A stretch of 64,000 nt of DNA from a virus. The DNA is taken from IMG/VR virus record IMGVR_UViG_3300043436_002883, positions 45,283 to 109,282 of that record. One strand, given 5' to 3'. The notes below the pieces were generated by a model. The model did not search any database. It was not told the origin of the DNA and worked only from the letters and a program-made list of their open reading frames with translations. Below, piece after piece: positions 39,861 through 51,199 of the stretch. The position numbers were made by a program, and so were the translations under genes. Each line of letters begins with the position of its first letter. The first letter of the stretch is position 1.

Positions 39861-42100
39861 TGATTACCACAGTTCCATCAAATAACAACACTGTTGTACA
39901 AAATCTATTTAAGCAAAAGTCTTCTGTTAAAATAAACACGGGATGCACAATAGAATACAACATGAACTCTATGCTTGACAATATTACCGTTACATATCCA
40001 TCTACAATGGATCAATATTATGCCAAGTCAGCAGATGGTAAAATTAATACATACAAAAAGCTTTTTCCAATTGATTCAATTATTAAGCCATTCAGACCTC
40101 TTTTCTCTGGAGTAAAGTATCTTATATGGACAAAGCTTCAAACAGATACTCCAGCAAATAGTTTTTATGCCCCAAGAACATTAATTTATCCACGGTCAAC
40201 ATCCCCACAAACAGATGGATATGAGTCTGCCGTCACAACACTATATCCAAGACTTTACTACCCTGGTCTAACAACTTCATATAAATATTGGGTAACACCA
40301 ATTAATCAAAGCGCAGATCTAACTGTTAACTATTCTATTCTTTCTGCAACGATTAAAGAAGCTTCTTCTTCTGGTTCTATTGTTACATACAAAACATTAA
40401 ACAATCACGGATTTTCTTCAGGGCAAACAGTAACAATTACTGGTCTTTCAACAGCTTCTTTTAATTTATCTGCAAGCGTAATTGCCTCTACTCCAAGCCC
40501 AACATCTTTTACTATTGCTTCATCTGCCACAGGAGCTTGGGCAAGAGAGCAATCAGCGACAGCAACATTGTCTGCAGCAACAAAGCCTGCCGTATCAAAC
40601 AAGATTGTTGCAAGATTTGAAAAAACTCACGCCTTCCCAAGTAATTATACAATGACCATTACATATTCAGATGCTACAACAGCAACAGTAGGTCCATCCC
40701 CAGTAGACCTCTCTGGACAAATTGTTTTGTATTATAACGGAACCACTTGGACTTCAACAGAGCCAGCTGCTTATGCTACACCTAAATTAATTAAATCAAT
40801 TAGACTTCAAGCAACAAATCCAGGCGGCGGTAAAGTGCTAGGAGTTATTGAGCTATCGGCAAGATGGATTAAGGATATATCTTCAGACATAGTTGCTCTT
40901 GATATTGAAAAAGAATCTTCTTCAAGCTCAGAAGACATCCTGCCTGTAGGTAAGATTACTGCAAACAGCCTAAGCATGGATCTTGTTAAGTATAATCAAT
41001 CTGCAATTGAATACGTTTCATACAATAGAGAATCAAATTTTGATATAACAAAAACATATCTAGTTAAGAATGCAGAAATGAAGCCCTACTTTTCTGTGTA
41101 CCACTCCGCTGGGACATATGGGTCGGCAGGAGATTTGTATGACAAAGTGCCACAAGGATCATTTTACATAGACTCCTGGCAAATATCAGATACTGGAGAT
41201 GTATCTTTAAATGCATTAGATGCTGCTAAATATCTAATGGATACGGTAGCCCCAGATATTCTATGTGAATCATATCCCGTAACTAGTATCATAAGAAGAC
41301 TACTAGACTCTATAGGCTTTACAAGCTATGAAATTAGAACTGCATCAGATGACAAGTCTATCCCAGTTATTAATTATTGGTGGACAACAGGCTCTAAAAC
41401 GGTTTGGCAGTGTCTACAAGAACTATGTCGTGATATACAGATGAATGCTTTCTTTGATGAAAATAACATTTTGCAGTTTGCAAGTCGTGATTATATTTAT
41501 AAGAAGACAGGCATAGACTGGGCATTTACTTATGATACAGATGGAACAACGCTTGCAAATATAGTTGATTTTAATAAACAAGAAATACCTTCTGCAAACC
41601 AAGTTAAAATTTTGTGGCAAAGCCAACTCACATCAAACTATGCTGGAAACTCAGGAGACTTGTGGACAGACGAGGTTTCATACCTAAGTGCTGGCGGACT
41701 AAGATCAAACATATCTGCAGATACTTCCCCAGAAAATACAATACTTGCAGTCGATGTAGAAACACTAGATGATTATAGTAATGCAACATTGTATAATTTT
41801 GCGGGATATGTTATGATTGATTCAGAAATAATTGAATACGATGCAATACAGTACCAGTATACTCCCATAGGATCAACAACATCTCAAAACGTATGGGTTG
41901 AGTCATCATCAGATGTAAATAAATTTAGATATCTATCTAGGCCAGGATATGACCTTGTGTCAAATCAAACATTTTTTAGACCTACAGGCTTATACCGTGT
42001 AAAGACAAGGGGAGCTTTTGGAACAACACCAGCATATCACGCAGCCTCTGCACTAACAGGGTTAGCGGACTGGTCTCAAAGAAAGGCTACGTGGGCATAA
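39860..42100 (+). CDS. tail tip / hub protein
   Basis: TAATG-coupled start at 39860; WQCLQELC...FFDENNILQF hub-like segment. Confidence 0.6.
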   Translation: MITTVPSNNNTVVQNLFKQKSSVKINTGCTIEYNMNSMLDNITVTYPSTMDQYYAKSADGKINTYKKLFPIDSIIKPFRPLFSGVKYLIWTKLQTDTPANSFYAPRTLIYPRSTSPQTDGYESAVTTLYPRLYYPGLTTSYKYWVTPINQSADLTVNYSILSATIKEASSSGSIVTYKTLNNHGFSSGQTVTITGLSTASFNLSASVIASTPSPTSFTIASSATGAWAREQSATATLSAATKPAVSNKIVARFEKTHAFPSNYTMTITYSDATTATVGPSPVDLSGQIVLYYNGTTWTSTEPAAYATPKLIKSIRLQATNPGGGKVLGVIELSARWIKDISSDIVALDIEKESSSSSEDILPVGKITANSLSMDLVKYNQSAIEYVSYNRESNFDITKTYLVKNAEMKPYFSVYHSAGTYGSAGDLYDKVPQGSFYIDSWQISDTGDVSLNALDAAKYLMDTVAPDILCESYPVTSIIRRLLDSIGFTSYEIRTASDDKSIPVINYWWTTGSKTVWQCLQELCRDIQMNAFFDENNILQFASRDYIYKKTGIDWAFTYDTDGTTLANIVDFNKQEIPSANQVKILWQSQLTSNYAGNSGDLWTDEVSYLSAGGLRSNISADTSPENTILAVDVETLDDYSNATLYNFAGYVMIDSEIIEYDAIQYQYTPIGSTTSQNVWVESSSDVNKFRYLSRPGYDLVSNQTFFRPTGLYRVKTRGAFGTTPAYHAASALTGLADWSQRKATWA

Positions 42101-43812
42101 TGGGTGTAGAGAGAACATTTGAACCTTATGTAGTTCAATCAACAACTAATATCGGTGCCATACCAGAAATAACTTTTGATTCAACATCATCAATTTCTGT
42201 TAAAATTTCTAAAACAAATATGACTGTTGAGCCAGTGAGCTACTCTGTCACATATTATAAAATAGATGCATCAAATAACATGGTTGCTGGAACTTCTCAA
42301 ACTGTAACAAAAACTGAAAACCCATTTACAATAAGCGGTCTTTCAACAAACCAATCCTATGGAATTTCTGTAAAAGCCAGCAACGGAACTACTTTTGGAA
42401 ATACTGTTTACAGATCATTTGCTACTCCAATTGAATATAATGTGGCAGGGTATAAGGGTACAGTTGTAGATCCTAATAAAGCGGCAGCAGCAAAATCATT
42501 TTTAAGAATGGCTAATAACTCAAAAAGTGCTAAAGAATACTCTGTAGCATATAGAACATTTAGCGCAATATCATTGCCAACGGTTACAACATCGTACGCT
42601 GGGCTTCCTTCATATATTCAGGAAGCAATAAGAGTAAATTCAACAAAGCACTACGCATTTGGAACAAAGATGTTTTTGGAGTCCACTATTGATAGAACAA
42701 GGCAGTCGGCAGGACTCGGATTTTTTGTAGATGGACAGGGAAATGATGGATACTATATTTTAATTGATAGCACAGAAACGGCTGGTGCGGTAAATAAAAA
42801 AGAAGTAAGAATTTGTAAGGTAAAGGGTGGAGATATCCGTGTATTAAATGATACTCAAAAAAATACGGTAACTAGTCTTAATGGGGTATACGGAGGAAGG
42901 TCTTATGATATTGATGTTAAGGTTAAGGTTAATCTATCAACAATAAAGATCAGCGTATACATTAATGGATTTTTAATTTCTGCAACAGATAGCACTGGCG
43001 TCTATGAGGATGAAAATGGAAAAAGCTCAGTAAGCCAGATATTAAATCCAACAAAAACAATTGCCCTTGTGTGTAAGTACGGAGAGGCTATCTTTGATTA
43101 TGTGTATGGTACAGATATAGACGAAAAGAAATATAATGATTCTGAATTTGCAAAAAATATGTATCAAGGATCTTTTTCTAATGACTATTTAGATATTGGA
43201 TTTGGCGACATTATTTACAATAATTCTATAGAAGAAGACAATGCAAATAAGCCAGTGGGAATAGATGAATTTGGAACTTCGGTTAGAGAAATAAGAAAGG
43301 TGTCTTTAAGATACAATAGTGCTCCAGCATACCCAATTAAATTTTCAACAGGGCTAAATACATCTGTAAAGATATTAGGATCTAGGGTTAGCAATTTTGG
43401 TGGGGAGACATATGTATTGAATAACAGCTCCGCCCTTACTCCATTAAATGACGAAAAGGCAGCAACATTTTATTTATATGGAGACACAATTGCCCCATCT
43501 GGAACTCTAGAGTATAACTCAGATATTCTGTCAGAGTATATAAACCAAGAGCCAGTAATATTTGAATCATCCTGGCTACAAAATCTTTCAGATGTAGAAG
43601 CACTAGGAACCTGGATTAAAAATAATATTGTAAATAAGGGCAAGCTAATTAATTTATCAGTATTTGGAAATCCATTTATTGCCGTTGGAGATATTGTATC
43701 TGTTAAATATTTATATCAAGGATTAGATGGCACACAAAAATTTATAGTTACAAACGTTAGACACACGTTTAGCGACGGACTAGATACGGAGATTACTTGT
43801 CGATCATTATAG
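42100..43812 (+). CDS. tail tip protein with Fn3-like N-terminus
   Basis: FTISGLSTNQSYGISVKA; C-terminal GNPFIAVGDIV...VTNVRHTF..G..TEITCR. Confidence 0.6.
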   Translation: MGVERTFEPYVVQSTTNIGAIPEITFDSTSSISVKISKTNMTVEPVSYSVTYYKIDASNNMVAGTSQTVTKTENPFTISGLSTNQSYGISVKASNGTTFGNTVYRSFATPIEYNVAGYKGTVVDPNKAAAAKSFLRMANNSKSAKEYSVAYRTFSAISLPTVTTSYAGLPSYIQEAIRVNSTKHYAFGTKMFLESTIDRTRQSAGLGFFVDGQGNDGYYILIDSTETAGAVNKKEVRICKVKGGDIRVLNDTQKNTVTSLNGVYGGRSYDIDVKVKVNLSTIKISVYINGFLISATDSTGVYEDENGKSSVSQILNPTKTIALVCKYGEAIFDYVYGTDIDEKKYNDSEFAKNMYQGSFSNDYLDIGFGDIIYNNSIEEDNANKPVGIDEFGTSVREIRKVSLRYNSAPAYPIKFSTGLNTSVKILGSRVSNFGGETYVLNNSSALTPLNDEKAATFYLYGDTIAPSGTLEYNSDILSEYINQEPVIFESSWLQNLSDVEALGTWIKNNIVNKGKLINLSVFGNPFIAVGDIVSVKYLYQGLDGTQKFIVTNVRHTFSDGLDTEITCRSL

Positions 43813-43836
43813 TCGACCAGATGATATAATAATAAA

Positions 43837-44607
43837 ATGACAAAAGACACTAATAGAGTTGACGGAAAATCGGTTGTTGTTGGGCCTCCAATTGTTTTGC
43901 CAAAAAATTCTCCTGACCGTGTTTTTTTAAGAAAAACAGTTGGCATAGATATTGAAGAAGGGTCTAGGTCAAACGGAGTTAGCCCATTTGCCATCGGTTC
44001 TGGTGGTGGAGATAGCGGAGGAACCACACCAGTAGATCCAAACCCGCCAGTAGAAATAAATGACATTCCTCAATTAAGCGATATTGAAAATATTACATAC
44101 CAGCAATATTATAATAGCTCTAATGCAATAAGAATTAAAGCTATTATTAAAATTAGAAATTCTAGCAAAAATAAAGCAAATGTTGTAGGGGTAGATGCAA
44201 GAAACCAGCCAAGTGGACAATCATCTTCAACAGAACCTGCTTTGCCAATAGGCTTTACAAAACCTTCTCCTTCAGTTCCATCAGTTGCTTTTGATAGAAC
44301 AGGAACTGCAATAGCTTGGGGATGGAACAATGTATCAGGATTAGGTTCTTATCAATCGGTTACTTATCAATGGGAAATAAGATCATCTTCAAGTATTACA
44401 AGTACAAAAATAAGTTCTGGAACAAAGACTTATGTATCAGGCGGATTGTTATCAATAGGAGATAGCGGAAAGACTAGAAATTATAGAGTCAGCTCAGGGC
44501 AAGGAGATACTCCTGCAACATCTTCTGAAAGATGGCTAAGAGTTAGGGCGGTTGTTTTGGCAACAGACGGCAAAACATATTATTCAGGATATTCTGTACC
44601 AATCTAA
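43837..44607 (+). CDS. minor tail protein
   Basis: Synteny; Fn3-like C-terminus; leaderless-type promoter upstream. Confidence 0.5.
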   Translation: MTKDTNRVDGKSVVVGPPIVLPKNSPDRVFLRKTVGIDIEEGSRSNGVSPFAIGSGGGDSGGTTPVDPNPPVEINDIPQLSDIENITYQQYYNSSNAIRIKAIIKIRNSSKNKANVVGVDARNQPSGQSSSTEPALPIGFTKPSPSVPSVAFDRTGTAIAWGWNNVSGLGSYQSVTYQWEIRSSSSITSTKISSGTKTYVSGGLLSIGDSGKTRNYRVSSGQGDTPATSSERWLRVRAVVLATDGKTYYSGYSVPI

Positions 44608-44615
44608 GGGGAATC

Positions 44616-45539
44616 ATGATAAAAGGAACATATATATACTACGAAGACGGCCATGAAGTATACAGGTCTGAAAATGTTATTACCAAATACGGTAAAAGAT
44701 TTTTGACTAGCTTTATAGCAGGAAGAGATTCATTTCAATCAAAGTCCATGGCTTTTGGTATTGATAGCACGGCAGCCCAAGACACAAATACAAGACTTGG
44801 TTTTGAATTTTATAGAACCCCAGTACTTTTTGGAAGCACGGATATACAAACATTAAATGATACATCTACGTATTCTGTAGTGTATAAAGCAACAATCCCA
44901 CAAGATGTTGTAGGATATATTACTGAGGTTGGCCTATACCCAGAATATAAAGAGTCCTTGGCATCTTATGATAGTAAATTTATAGCAGATTTTGACAACC
45001 AGTTGGATTGGACTAATGCTCCCTCAATAACAACAACTGATGCTAGGGTAGGTCAATATCTTTTAAGCATGTCTTCAGATGGAACATCTTTAAAAGAATA
45101 TAAGGCAAATATACAGCCTATAGATCTTTCAGGTTATAGCGTAAATGATACCTTAAAGTTAGCCTATGTAAAAAATGATGCTAATCTACAAAACATTGTT
45201 ATTAAGCTTTATAGTTCAACACTAGATTATTATTCAGTAACCATAATTCCAGACTCTGGAACTGGATACAAAATGTCTTCTGATATTAAAATAGAAAATC
45301 TTTTCTTGAATGCAAGCACTCTAAATGTTGACCCTTCAAATATTAATCAAATCGGAGTTACAATTACACCAGTCTCTGGGCAATCAACTACAGTTGGTTT
45401 AGATGCTTTAAGAATTAATGACGAAGATACATTTGATCCAAACTTTGGTTTAATTAGTAGATCAGTTTTATCAACACCATTAGTTAAATTGGCTGGAAGG
45501 CAAGTAGATGTAGAGTATAGATTGGATTTAGGATTCTAG
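44616..45539 (+). CDS. baseplate/tail protein
   Basis: NVIT..GKRF, L.FEFYR.P, ITEVGLY, K.AG...DVEYRL motifs. Confidence 0.55.
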   Translation: MIKGTYIYYEDGHEVYRSENVITKYGKRFLTSFIAGRDSFQSKSMAFGIDSTAAQDTNTRLGFEFYRTPVLFGSTDIQTLNDTSTYSVVYKATIPQDVVGYITEVGLYPEYKESLASYDSKFIADFDNQLDWTNAPSITTTDARVGQYLLSMSSDGTSLKEYKANIQPIDLSGYSVNDTLKLAYVKNDANLQNIVIKLYSSTLDYYSVTIIPDSGTGYKMSSDIKIENLFLNASTLNVDPSNINQIGVTITPVSGQSTTVGLDALRINDEDTFDPNFGLISRSVLSTPLVKLAGRQVDVEYRLDLGF

Positions 45540-45540
45540 T

Positions 45541-47865
45541 ATGGCATATGAAGATCTAGATGACTATAGCGTAGGAGCTGCTGGCAGCGATACGTTTGAT
45601 ATTGTCATACCAGATTTAGATCCTTCTAGTGCATACCCAATTCAATTTAGATGGCAGTTTGCAGATAAGACATCTGGTCTATGGTCTGTTTCTAAGGTGC
45701 TGTACACCCCAGAGATCTCCAGACCAGAATCAACAAACGTTGTGGCTGTATGGAATGGAACCAACCTAGAAATTACCTGGGAGGCTCCAAATCTTGCAAA
45801 TGGATTTACAATATACCTAACCTCTGGGGCAACAACGGTACCATTTGGTTATACCCTAGATAAAACAAAGACTACACAAAAAGCTATTCTTTCTTCTCAA
45901 GATCTTATTAATAATTTTTCAAGCGTTCTTCCAACAACTCTGACTGGACTATTAAAAACTACATACATAGATACGTCAACTACTGGAACAGCATTTGCTA
46001 TACCACCTTATTCAGATGCAATTTCAGGTCAGAATATTTTAGATACAGATTGGTCAGTACTTTCTGTTTCAAATGGATTTACAGTTTCTTGGAGTGGCCC
46101 ACTAGTTTCCTCTCCTTCATACAAATATACAGAAGTTCATACTTCATCTTCTCAATCTGGTACGTACGACCTAGTATATTCTGGAATAGGTCCAGCGATT
46201 GTAACAGTTGCATCTTTGTCTACAAACTATATTAAAATTAAGCATGTATCTGTTACTGGATTAAAGTCTAATTTTTCAAGCGTTAAAGAGGCAGTGCCGT
46301 TTGATCCAATAGTTTTTGATAGTACTCCGCCAGTTAACACATTTACTTTAGGCACCGCAACGGTAACAGATGACTCAAATGGATTATTTTCTTTTGACAA
46401 AAAGGTGTTATTCACATGGACGGAAAATACAGACTCCTCAACGTCTGGCTACAGGATAAGGTTTAGAATTGCTGGATCTGCATCTTCTTATACATACATG
46501 TCAGTACCAGGAAAAGAAAAAACTTCTACCTACATATACGGTCTAAAGGGCGGGAACTCTTATGAAGTTGCAGTAAGCACATTTGATATTTATGGAAATA
46601 CTAATGAGACGCAGTGGCAAACTTATCCAAACATAGTGGCTCCAGTAAGCAATTCTCTTTTGCCAGATGTTGCAATTACAGCTGGAGATATGAAATTAGG
46701 ATATGGAATTGGTGGAGATAATGCTAGAAAAGGTCTTTACATTGCTCCAGACAACTACTGGTATGTTCAGGGTAATACAAACGTATCTAGCGCTGCAGTA
46801 CTGTCAGTTGGTGGTGCAACAGATAAGTTGTTGTGGAATGGAACAAGCTTATCCGTAACTGGAACTATTAATGCAAACGCTGGTAACTTTACTGGTGCTA
46901 TTCAAGTTGGAACCCCAACCGTATATGGTCAATTTAAACTTCAAACTCCAACTGGAACTAAAATTGAAATGGGTGCTCTGACAAATTCTTTAGGAGCATA
47001 TACTGGCGGCGTTGGTATTCAAGGAACAGATTCAACAGGAACTCTTTTCCAATTGGACACATCTTCTGGAATTATTGTTAATAAAGGAACAATAGGTGGA
47101 TGGACAATTACATCTACTGCTATTAGCAAATCAAATACATCTTTGGGTTCCGACGGATCTATTACAGCTGGATCCGCTGGACAATTTTCAGTAAACTCAG
47201 CTGGAACTCTTTCAGCAACAGGAGCTACTATAAGCGGAACCATAAGGGCAGTTTCTGGATTTATTGGAAGCACAAATGGAACATCCGCCACTGGATTTAA
47301 TTTTAATGCTACACAAATTACATCAGTCGGTGCACCGTCGGGAACAACTCAAATTGTATTAGACGGATCCACTGGAACAATTTCTGGCGGATTAATTTCA
47401 GGATCAACAGTAAGAGGAGCAATTCTTGAAACTGCTCAATCAGGTACATCTGTAAAAATTGACGGAGTAAGCTACCCTGGAACAGTTCAGCTATATGCAT
47501 CAGGGTATGCATCTCCAGGAATCATTGATGTTAGCGGAAGTTATCCCACAAATGAATACACGCTTGGTGAGCTTATTATGATGCCACCAAGAGCAACGGG
47601 TCATTCTTCACCAACCTTAAGGCTATACTCTAGTGCAAGTGGAGGATTTACTGTTCTTGAATCTTCATCAACATCGATTGGAGATGTAAATGATACAACT
47701 TCTAATGTTAGATTAGATGGGTATGTGACAATAAACCCTACTGGAGATTTGCCAGTGGCACTTAAATCAGTTAGAAATATTGAAGCGTGGCAGGGGTCTG
47801 GCCCTCCAAGCGGATCATCATTTAATGGTAGCCGAATTGGCGACATTGTGCTATTCTACACATAG
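45541..47865 (+). CDS. Fn3-containing tail fibre / central fibre protein
   Basis: GYRIRFR...YIYGLKGGNSYEVAVSTFD Fn3; G.IGGW.I fibre motif. Confidence 0.65.
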   Translation: MAYEDLDDYSVGAAGSDTFDIVIPDLDPSSAYPIQFRWQFADKTSGLWSVSKVLYTPEISRPESTNVVAVWNGTNLEITWEAPNLANGFTIYLTSGATTVPFGYTLDKTKTTQKAILSSQDLINNFSSVLPTTLTGLLKTTYIDTSTTGTAFAIPPYSDAISGQNILDTDWSVLSVSNGFTVSWSGPLVSSPSYKYTEVHTSSSQSGTYDLVYSGIGPAIVTVASLSTNYIKIKHVSVTGLKSNFSSVKEAVPFDPIVFDSTPPVNTFTLGTATVTDDSNGLFSFDKKVLFTWTENTDSSTSGYRIRFRIAGSASSYTYMSVPGKEKTSTYIYGLKGGNSYEVAVSTFDIYGNTNETQWQTYPNIVAPVSNSLLPDVAITAGDMKLGYGIGGDNARKGLYIAPDNYWYVQGNTNVSSAAVLSVGGATDKLLWNGTSLSVTGTINANAGNFTGAIQVGTPTVYGQFKLQTPTGTKIEMGALTNSLGAYTGGVGIQGTDSTGTLFQLDTSSGIIVNKGTIGGWTITSTAISKSNTSLGSDGSITAGSAGQFSVNSAGTLSATGATISGTIRAVSGFIGSTNGTSATGFNFNATQITSVGAPSGTTQIVLDGSTGTISGGLISGSTVRGAILETAQSGTSVKIDGVSYPGTVQLYASGYASPGIIDVSGSYPTNEYTLGELIMMPPRATGHSSPTLRLYSSASGGFTVLESSSTSIGDVNDTTSNVRLDGYVTINPTGDLPVALKSVRNIEAWQGSGPPSGSSFNGSRIGDIVLFYT

Positions 47866-47873
47866 GATAAATT

Positions 47874-50800
47874 ATGTATATTAAAACTGTAGCTGGATCG
47901 GGAAGCGTATCGACTAGATGGAAAAATACTGCAGAATTTTACATTAAAACTGGCGCATCTGTATGGGAAAGAGTTCGTCAGGGATACATAAAAGTTTCTG
48001 CCACATCCTGGAAAAGATTTTTTAATGAAGCAAACCTACCAGTTCAAATTACTGGTCCAACAATTAGAACAACAAACAACAGTGGATCTGGAACTATATA
48101 TGACGGTCCAGTGGCATCAAGTACTCAATTTTTAGACGCAGATCTTTTTGGAAAAGACGGAACCTATTCAAACTACACTTCAATAACTGATAGAAGATTT
48201 TCTTGGGCAGACACACTAGACTCAGCAACACGTACAACAGTTGTATCTGATGATAGGTTTACATCTGCTGGGGGAATAACAAACTCCATAAGACTTGGAC
48301 TAGATGACGATTATTTATTTTATGAGGTTCAGGTAAATAATGGAACAGGTGATAATTTTATTAACCCAGTGTCAAGTCCTGTCAAGATGATTAAAAAACA
48401 GCCAGTTTTAGATACATTTTCAACAGAACTTACAGGTACCGCTTCACCACTATTTACACTGACATTTAACTATGGCTTAGAAAATTATTATTATAATAGA
48501 GCAGAGCAGGCAAACTCTAAAATAAGATGGTGGAGATCTTCTACCACCTCCCCTGGCGGAGTCATGCTTAAAGAAGAAGTTCTTACTGACACTGTTACCT
48601 TTTCAGATTCTACTACCTTGCTAGGGCAAAGCACATATACAATAGGAGCTAGTGCTGACAATGATTCATACATAGTTGTAGAAATAGAAATCGGAAGCTC
48701 ATGGACAAGACATAACGGATACAGCAATGCTTATAGATTGGCTTCATATGCGGCTGGCCCAGTAAAAGCTCCATATAGATTCTCATTTGGAAAAACCCTA
48801 TATGTATCATCTAACGGACATATTGGTTTAGATTCTGGATCGTCTTCATTTTCAACAATGTCTTCTGGCAGAAATATTGCTATATTGGTAAAAGACTTAG
48901 AACAATATTACCTTGCCGAGTATTCGGACAATAGCGTTTATTATCTATATTATAAGGGCTATTTGTATAACACATCAGCTTCTGCTGCAAACGCTGTAGA
49001 TTATCAAATTAAATTTTATAATGATTCCAGTATTAATTATTGTGATGTGTATATGGTTAGAGTTGGAATAAATGTTACTATGCCGAACTTGGACCGTGGC
49101 TACTATGTTTCTGGCAATACACAATATTCTGGTCAAGATGGCGGATCATTTTTTATAGGAACTGGAGCAGTATTCAGGGTATACTTTGATTCAACACCAG
49201 CTAAAACAACAGGGGTATCCTGGACTACAGTAAATGATGCTTCATGGGATACTGTACAAACCTGGGCCTATCCACCTGGAGTAGACGATACATTTACTTC
49301 AGTAGTTTCGGCAGCAAATCAATCAGCCCCAGTTCCGACTACTCCTACTTCTTTATCAACTTCAATTAACGCAAGTAATTTAATTGTTGTAACATTTAGC
49401 GGAGGAACTGGAGATCAATATGATCTTTTTTATGCTAACCAAGACTCTAGGCCTACAGATCAACAAGCTACAACAGATTTTCCAAATGTAACTTCTCCGT
49501 ACACTGCAACAACATTAAATTTAAGAGGAATAACGAGATGGTTTTGGGTAAGAAAATCAACTGGAACACTAAGGTCTAACTGGTTTCCAGCAGGCACTGG
49601 TATTACAGCAAGGATCCCACTGTATGCTCCACCTGCTCCAGTAATAACAAATTCTGCACAAACGCAAAATAGCCTAAGTTGGCACTGGACACAACCTGCA
49701 CTTACAGCTACTCAAGATGAGCCTACATCGTGGGACTATGCTTTAACTCAAAGCACATCTACGCCATCAAGTTGGACAAATTTAACAACCAGGCCAACTT
49801 CAGCTGCCCCTCTTGTTATAGGCTCTTTAACTTCGGGAGTAGATTATTATTTACATGTTAGAGCAAAAAATGACGACAACAGTACGCTTGCTACACCAGT
49901 CCTTGGTAGAACAACTTCAAATAAGGTTCCGCCAACAATGGGCACTCCAACCCTATCAGCCGTAGGAGCTTTTGTAGCTGGGCAAAGAAGACTTTCAGTT
50001 CCATTTACAGCAGTTAGCGGTTCTGGACCAGCCTATCAAATTTATTGGTATTACAGTTCTACTAAACCGTCAGTGGTATCTACACCAGACGGGTCTGGTA
50101 CATCAAGCCCAATTTTAGATGAATCTGGCCCGACATCGATTGGTAGATGCTATGCATACATTAGATCTGCTGCCACAACAAGCACTACTGGATCAGTTGC
50201 TCCTTCAACAACACTTAGCGATTGGAGTGACGGTGTTTCATTTGACATATCGGGTACAAGAACACTAACATATGATGACAACACTACCGATACTACGGCC
50301 AGCATGCCAACTAGTCCAGTTAGCGGAACCGATCCCTGGGATGGGTGGGTTACAACAGTATCTGCAACCACCCCAACTAGAACAGGATATACATTTAATG
50401 GTTGGAACACATCAACAGATGGAACTTCAGGAACAAATTATGCAGCATCAGCAGCAATTACCTTAACTTCAAATGTTACCCTCTATGCAAAATGGACTGC
50501 CAATACATACACAATAACATATGATGGCAACGGAAATACTTCAGGATCTGTTCCAGATTCTCAAACTAAAACACATGGCACGAATCTTACTTTAAGAACA
50601 AACACGGGCAGTTTAGCAAAAACTGGATTTTCTTTTGGTGGATGGAATACAAATGCAGCAGGCACTGGAACAAGTTATACATCAGGTGGTACTTATAGTA
50701 CTAACGCAGGAGCAACTCTTTATGCTAGATGGACATCAACATTTGTTACTCCACAATGGAATGGAACTATGCCAACATGGAAAAATACTGGAACTAATGG

Positions 50801-51170
50801 TGTCTTTAATACAAATGGTTCAAACTTTCAAAGAACATCTACAGCATTAAGATATGGGTGGGATAACGGAACGTTTTCATTTAGTGGATCTGTAAGAGGA
50901 ACTGCTTCTACAGATAGAGGATGGGATTTTTATGTATCTGGAACCGAGCCATCTAGTACAACAACAGTTAGAACCCCAACTCATACAAGAGCATATTCTA
51001 CAACAGCAAATACCAATGCGGTTCATAGCACTAATTTTATATATTATGTTTCACCGACATATAGCTCTGCTTCTCGTTATGGAAGCATTAGGCCGTACGT
51101 ATATGGAACAGACAATAATAAATATGTAAGAGGAACCCAGCCAGATGGCACCTGGTCAGCTTCAATTTAA
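47874..51170 (+). CDS. receptor-binding/tail protein with Fn3 and two InlB B-repeat (Listeria-Bacteroides repeat) domains
   Basis: PTRTGYTFNGWNT...LYAKW and AKTGFSFGGWNT...LYARW at about 50260-50732. Confidence 0.7.
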   Translation: MYIKTVAGSGSVSTRWKNTAEFYIKTGASVWERVRQGYIKVSATSWKRFFNEANLPVQITGPTIRTTNNSGSGTIYDGPVASSTQFLDADLFGKDGTYSNYTSITDRRFSWADTLDSATRTTVVSDDRFTSAGGITNSIRLGLDDDYLFYEVQVNNGTGDNFINPVSSPVKMIKKQPVLDTFSTELTGTASPLFTLTFNYGLENYYYNRAEQANSKIRWWRSSTTSPGGVMLKEEVLTDTVTFSDSTTLLGQSTYTIGASADNDSYIVVEIEIGSSWTRHNGYSNAYRLASYAAGPVKAPYRFSFGKTLYVSSNGHIGLDSGSSSFSTMSSGRNIAILVKDLEQYYLAEYSDNSVYYLYYKGYLYNTSASAANAVDYQIKFYNDSSINYCDVYMVRVGINVTMPNLDRGYYVSGNTQYSGQDGGSFFIGTGAVFRVYFDSTPAKTTGVSWTTVNDASWDTVQTWAYPPGVDDTFTSVVSAANQSAPVPTTPTSLSTSINASNLIVVTFSGGTGDQYDLFYANQDSRPTDQQATTDFPNVTSPYTATTLNLRGITRWFWVRKSTGTLRSNWFPAGTGITARIPLYAPPAPVITNSAQTQNSLSWHWTQPALTATQDEPTSWDYALTQSTSTPSSWTNLTTRPTSAAPLVIGSLTSGVDYYLHVRAKNDDNSTLATPVLGRTTSNKVPPTMGTPTLSAVGAFVAGQRRLSVPFTAVSGSGPAYQIYWYYSSTKPSVVSTPDGSGTSSPILDESGPTSIGRCYAYIRSAATTSTTGSVAPSTTLSDWSDGVSFDISGTRTLTYDDNTTDTTASMPTSPVSGTDPWDGWVTTVSATTPTRTGYTFNGWNTSTDGTSGTNYAASAAITLTSNVTLYAKWTANTYTITYDGNGNTSGSVPDSQTKTHGTNLTLRTNTGSLAKTGFSFGGWNTNAAGTGTSYTSGGTYSTNAGATLYARWTSTFVTPQWNGTMPTWKNTGTNGVFNTNGSNFQRTSTALRYGWDNGTFSFSGSVRGTASTDRGWDFYVSGTEPSSTTTVRTPTHTRAYSTTANTNAVHSTNFIYYVSPTYSSASRYGSIRPYVYGTDNNKYVRGTQPDGTWSASI

Positions 51171-51199
51171 AATGGTATACTATACAAAGGAGGAAATAA

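Noticed and set aside
39860-43812. Frameshifted single tail gene or pseudogene
   Set aside because: The junction is a clean TAATG stop-start overlap typical of translational coupling; it cannot be called a pseudogene without homologue comparison.
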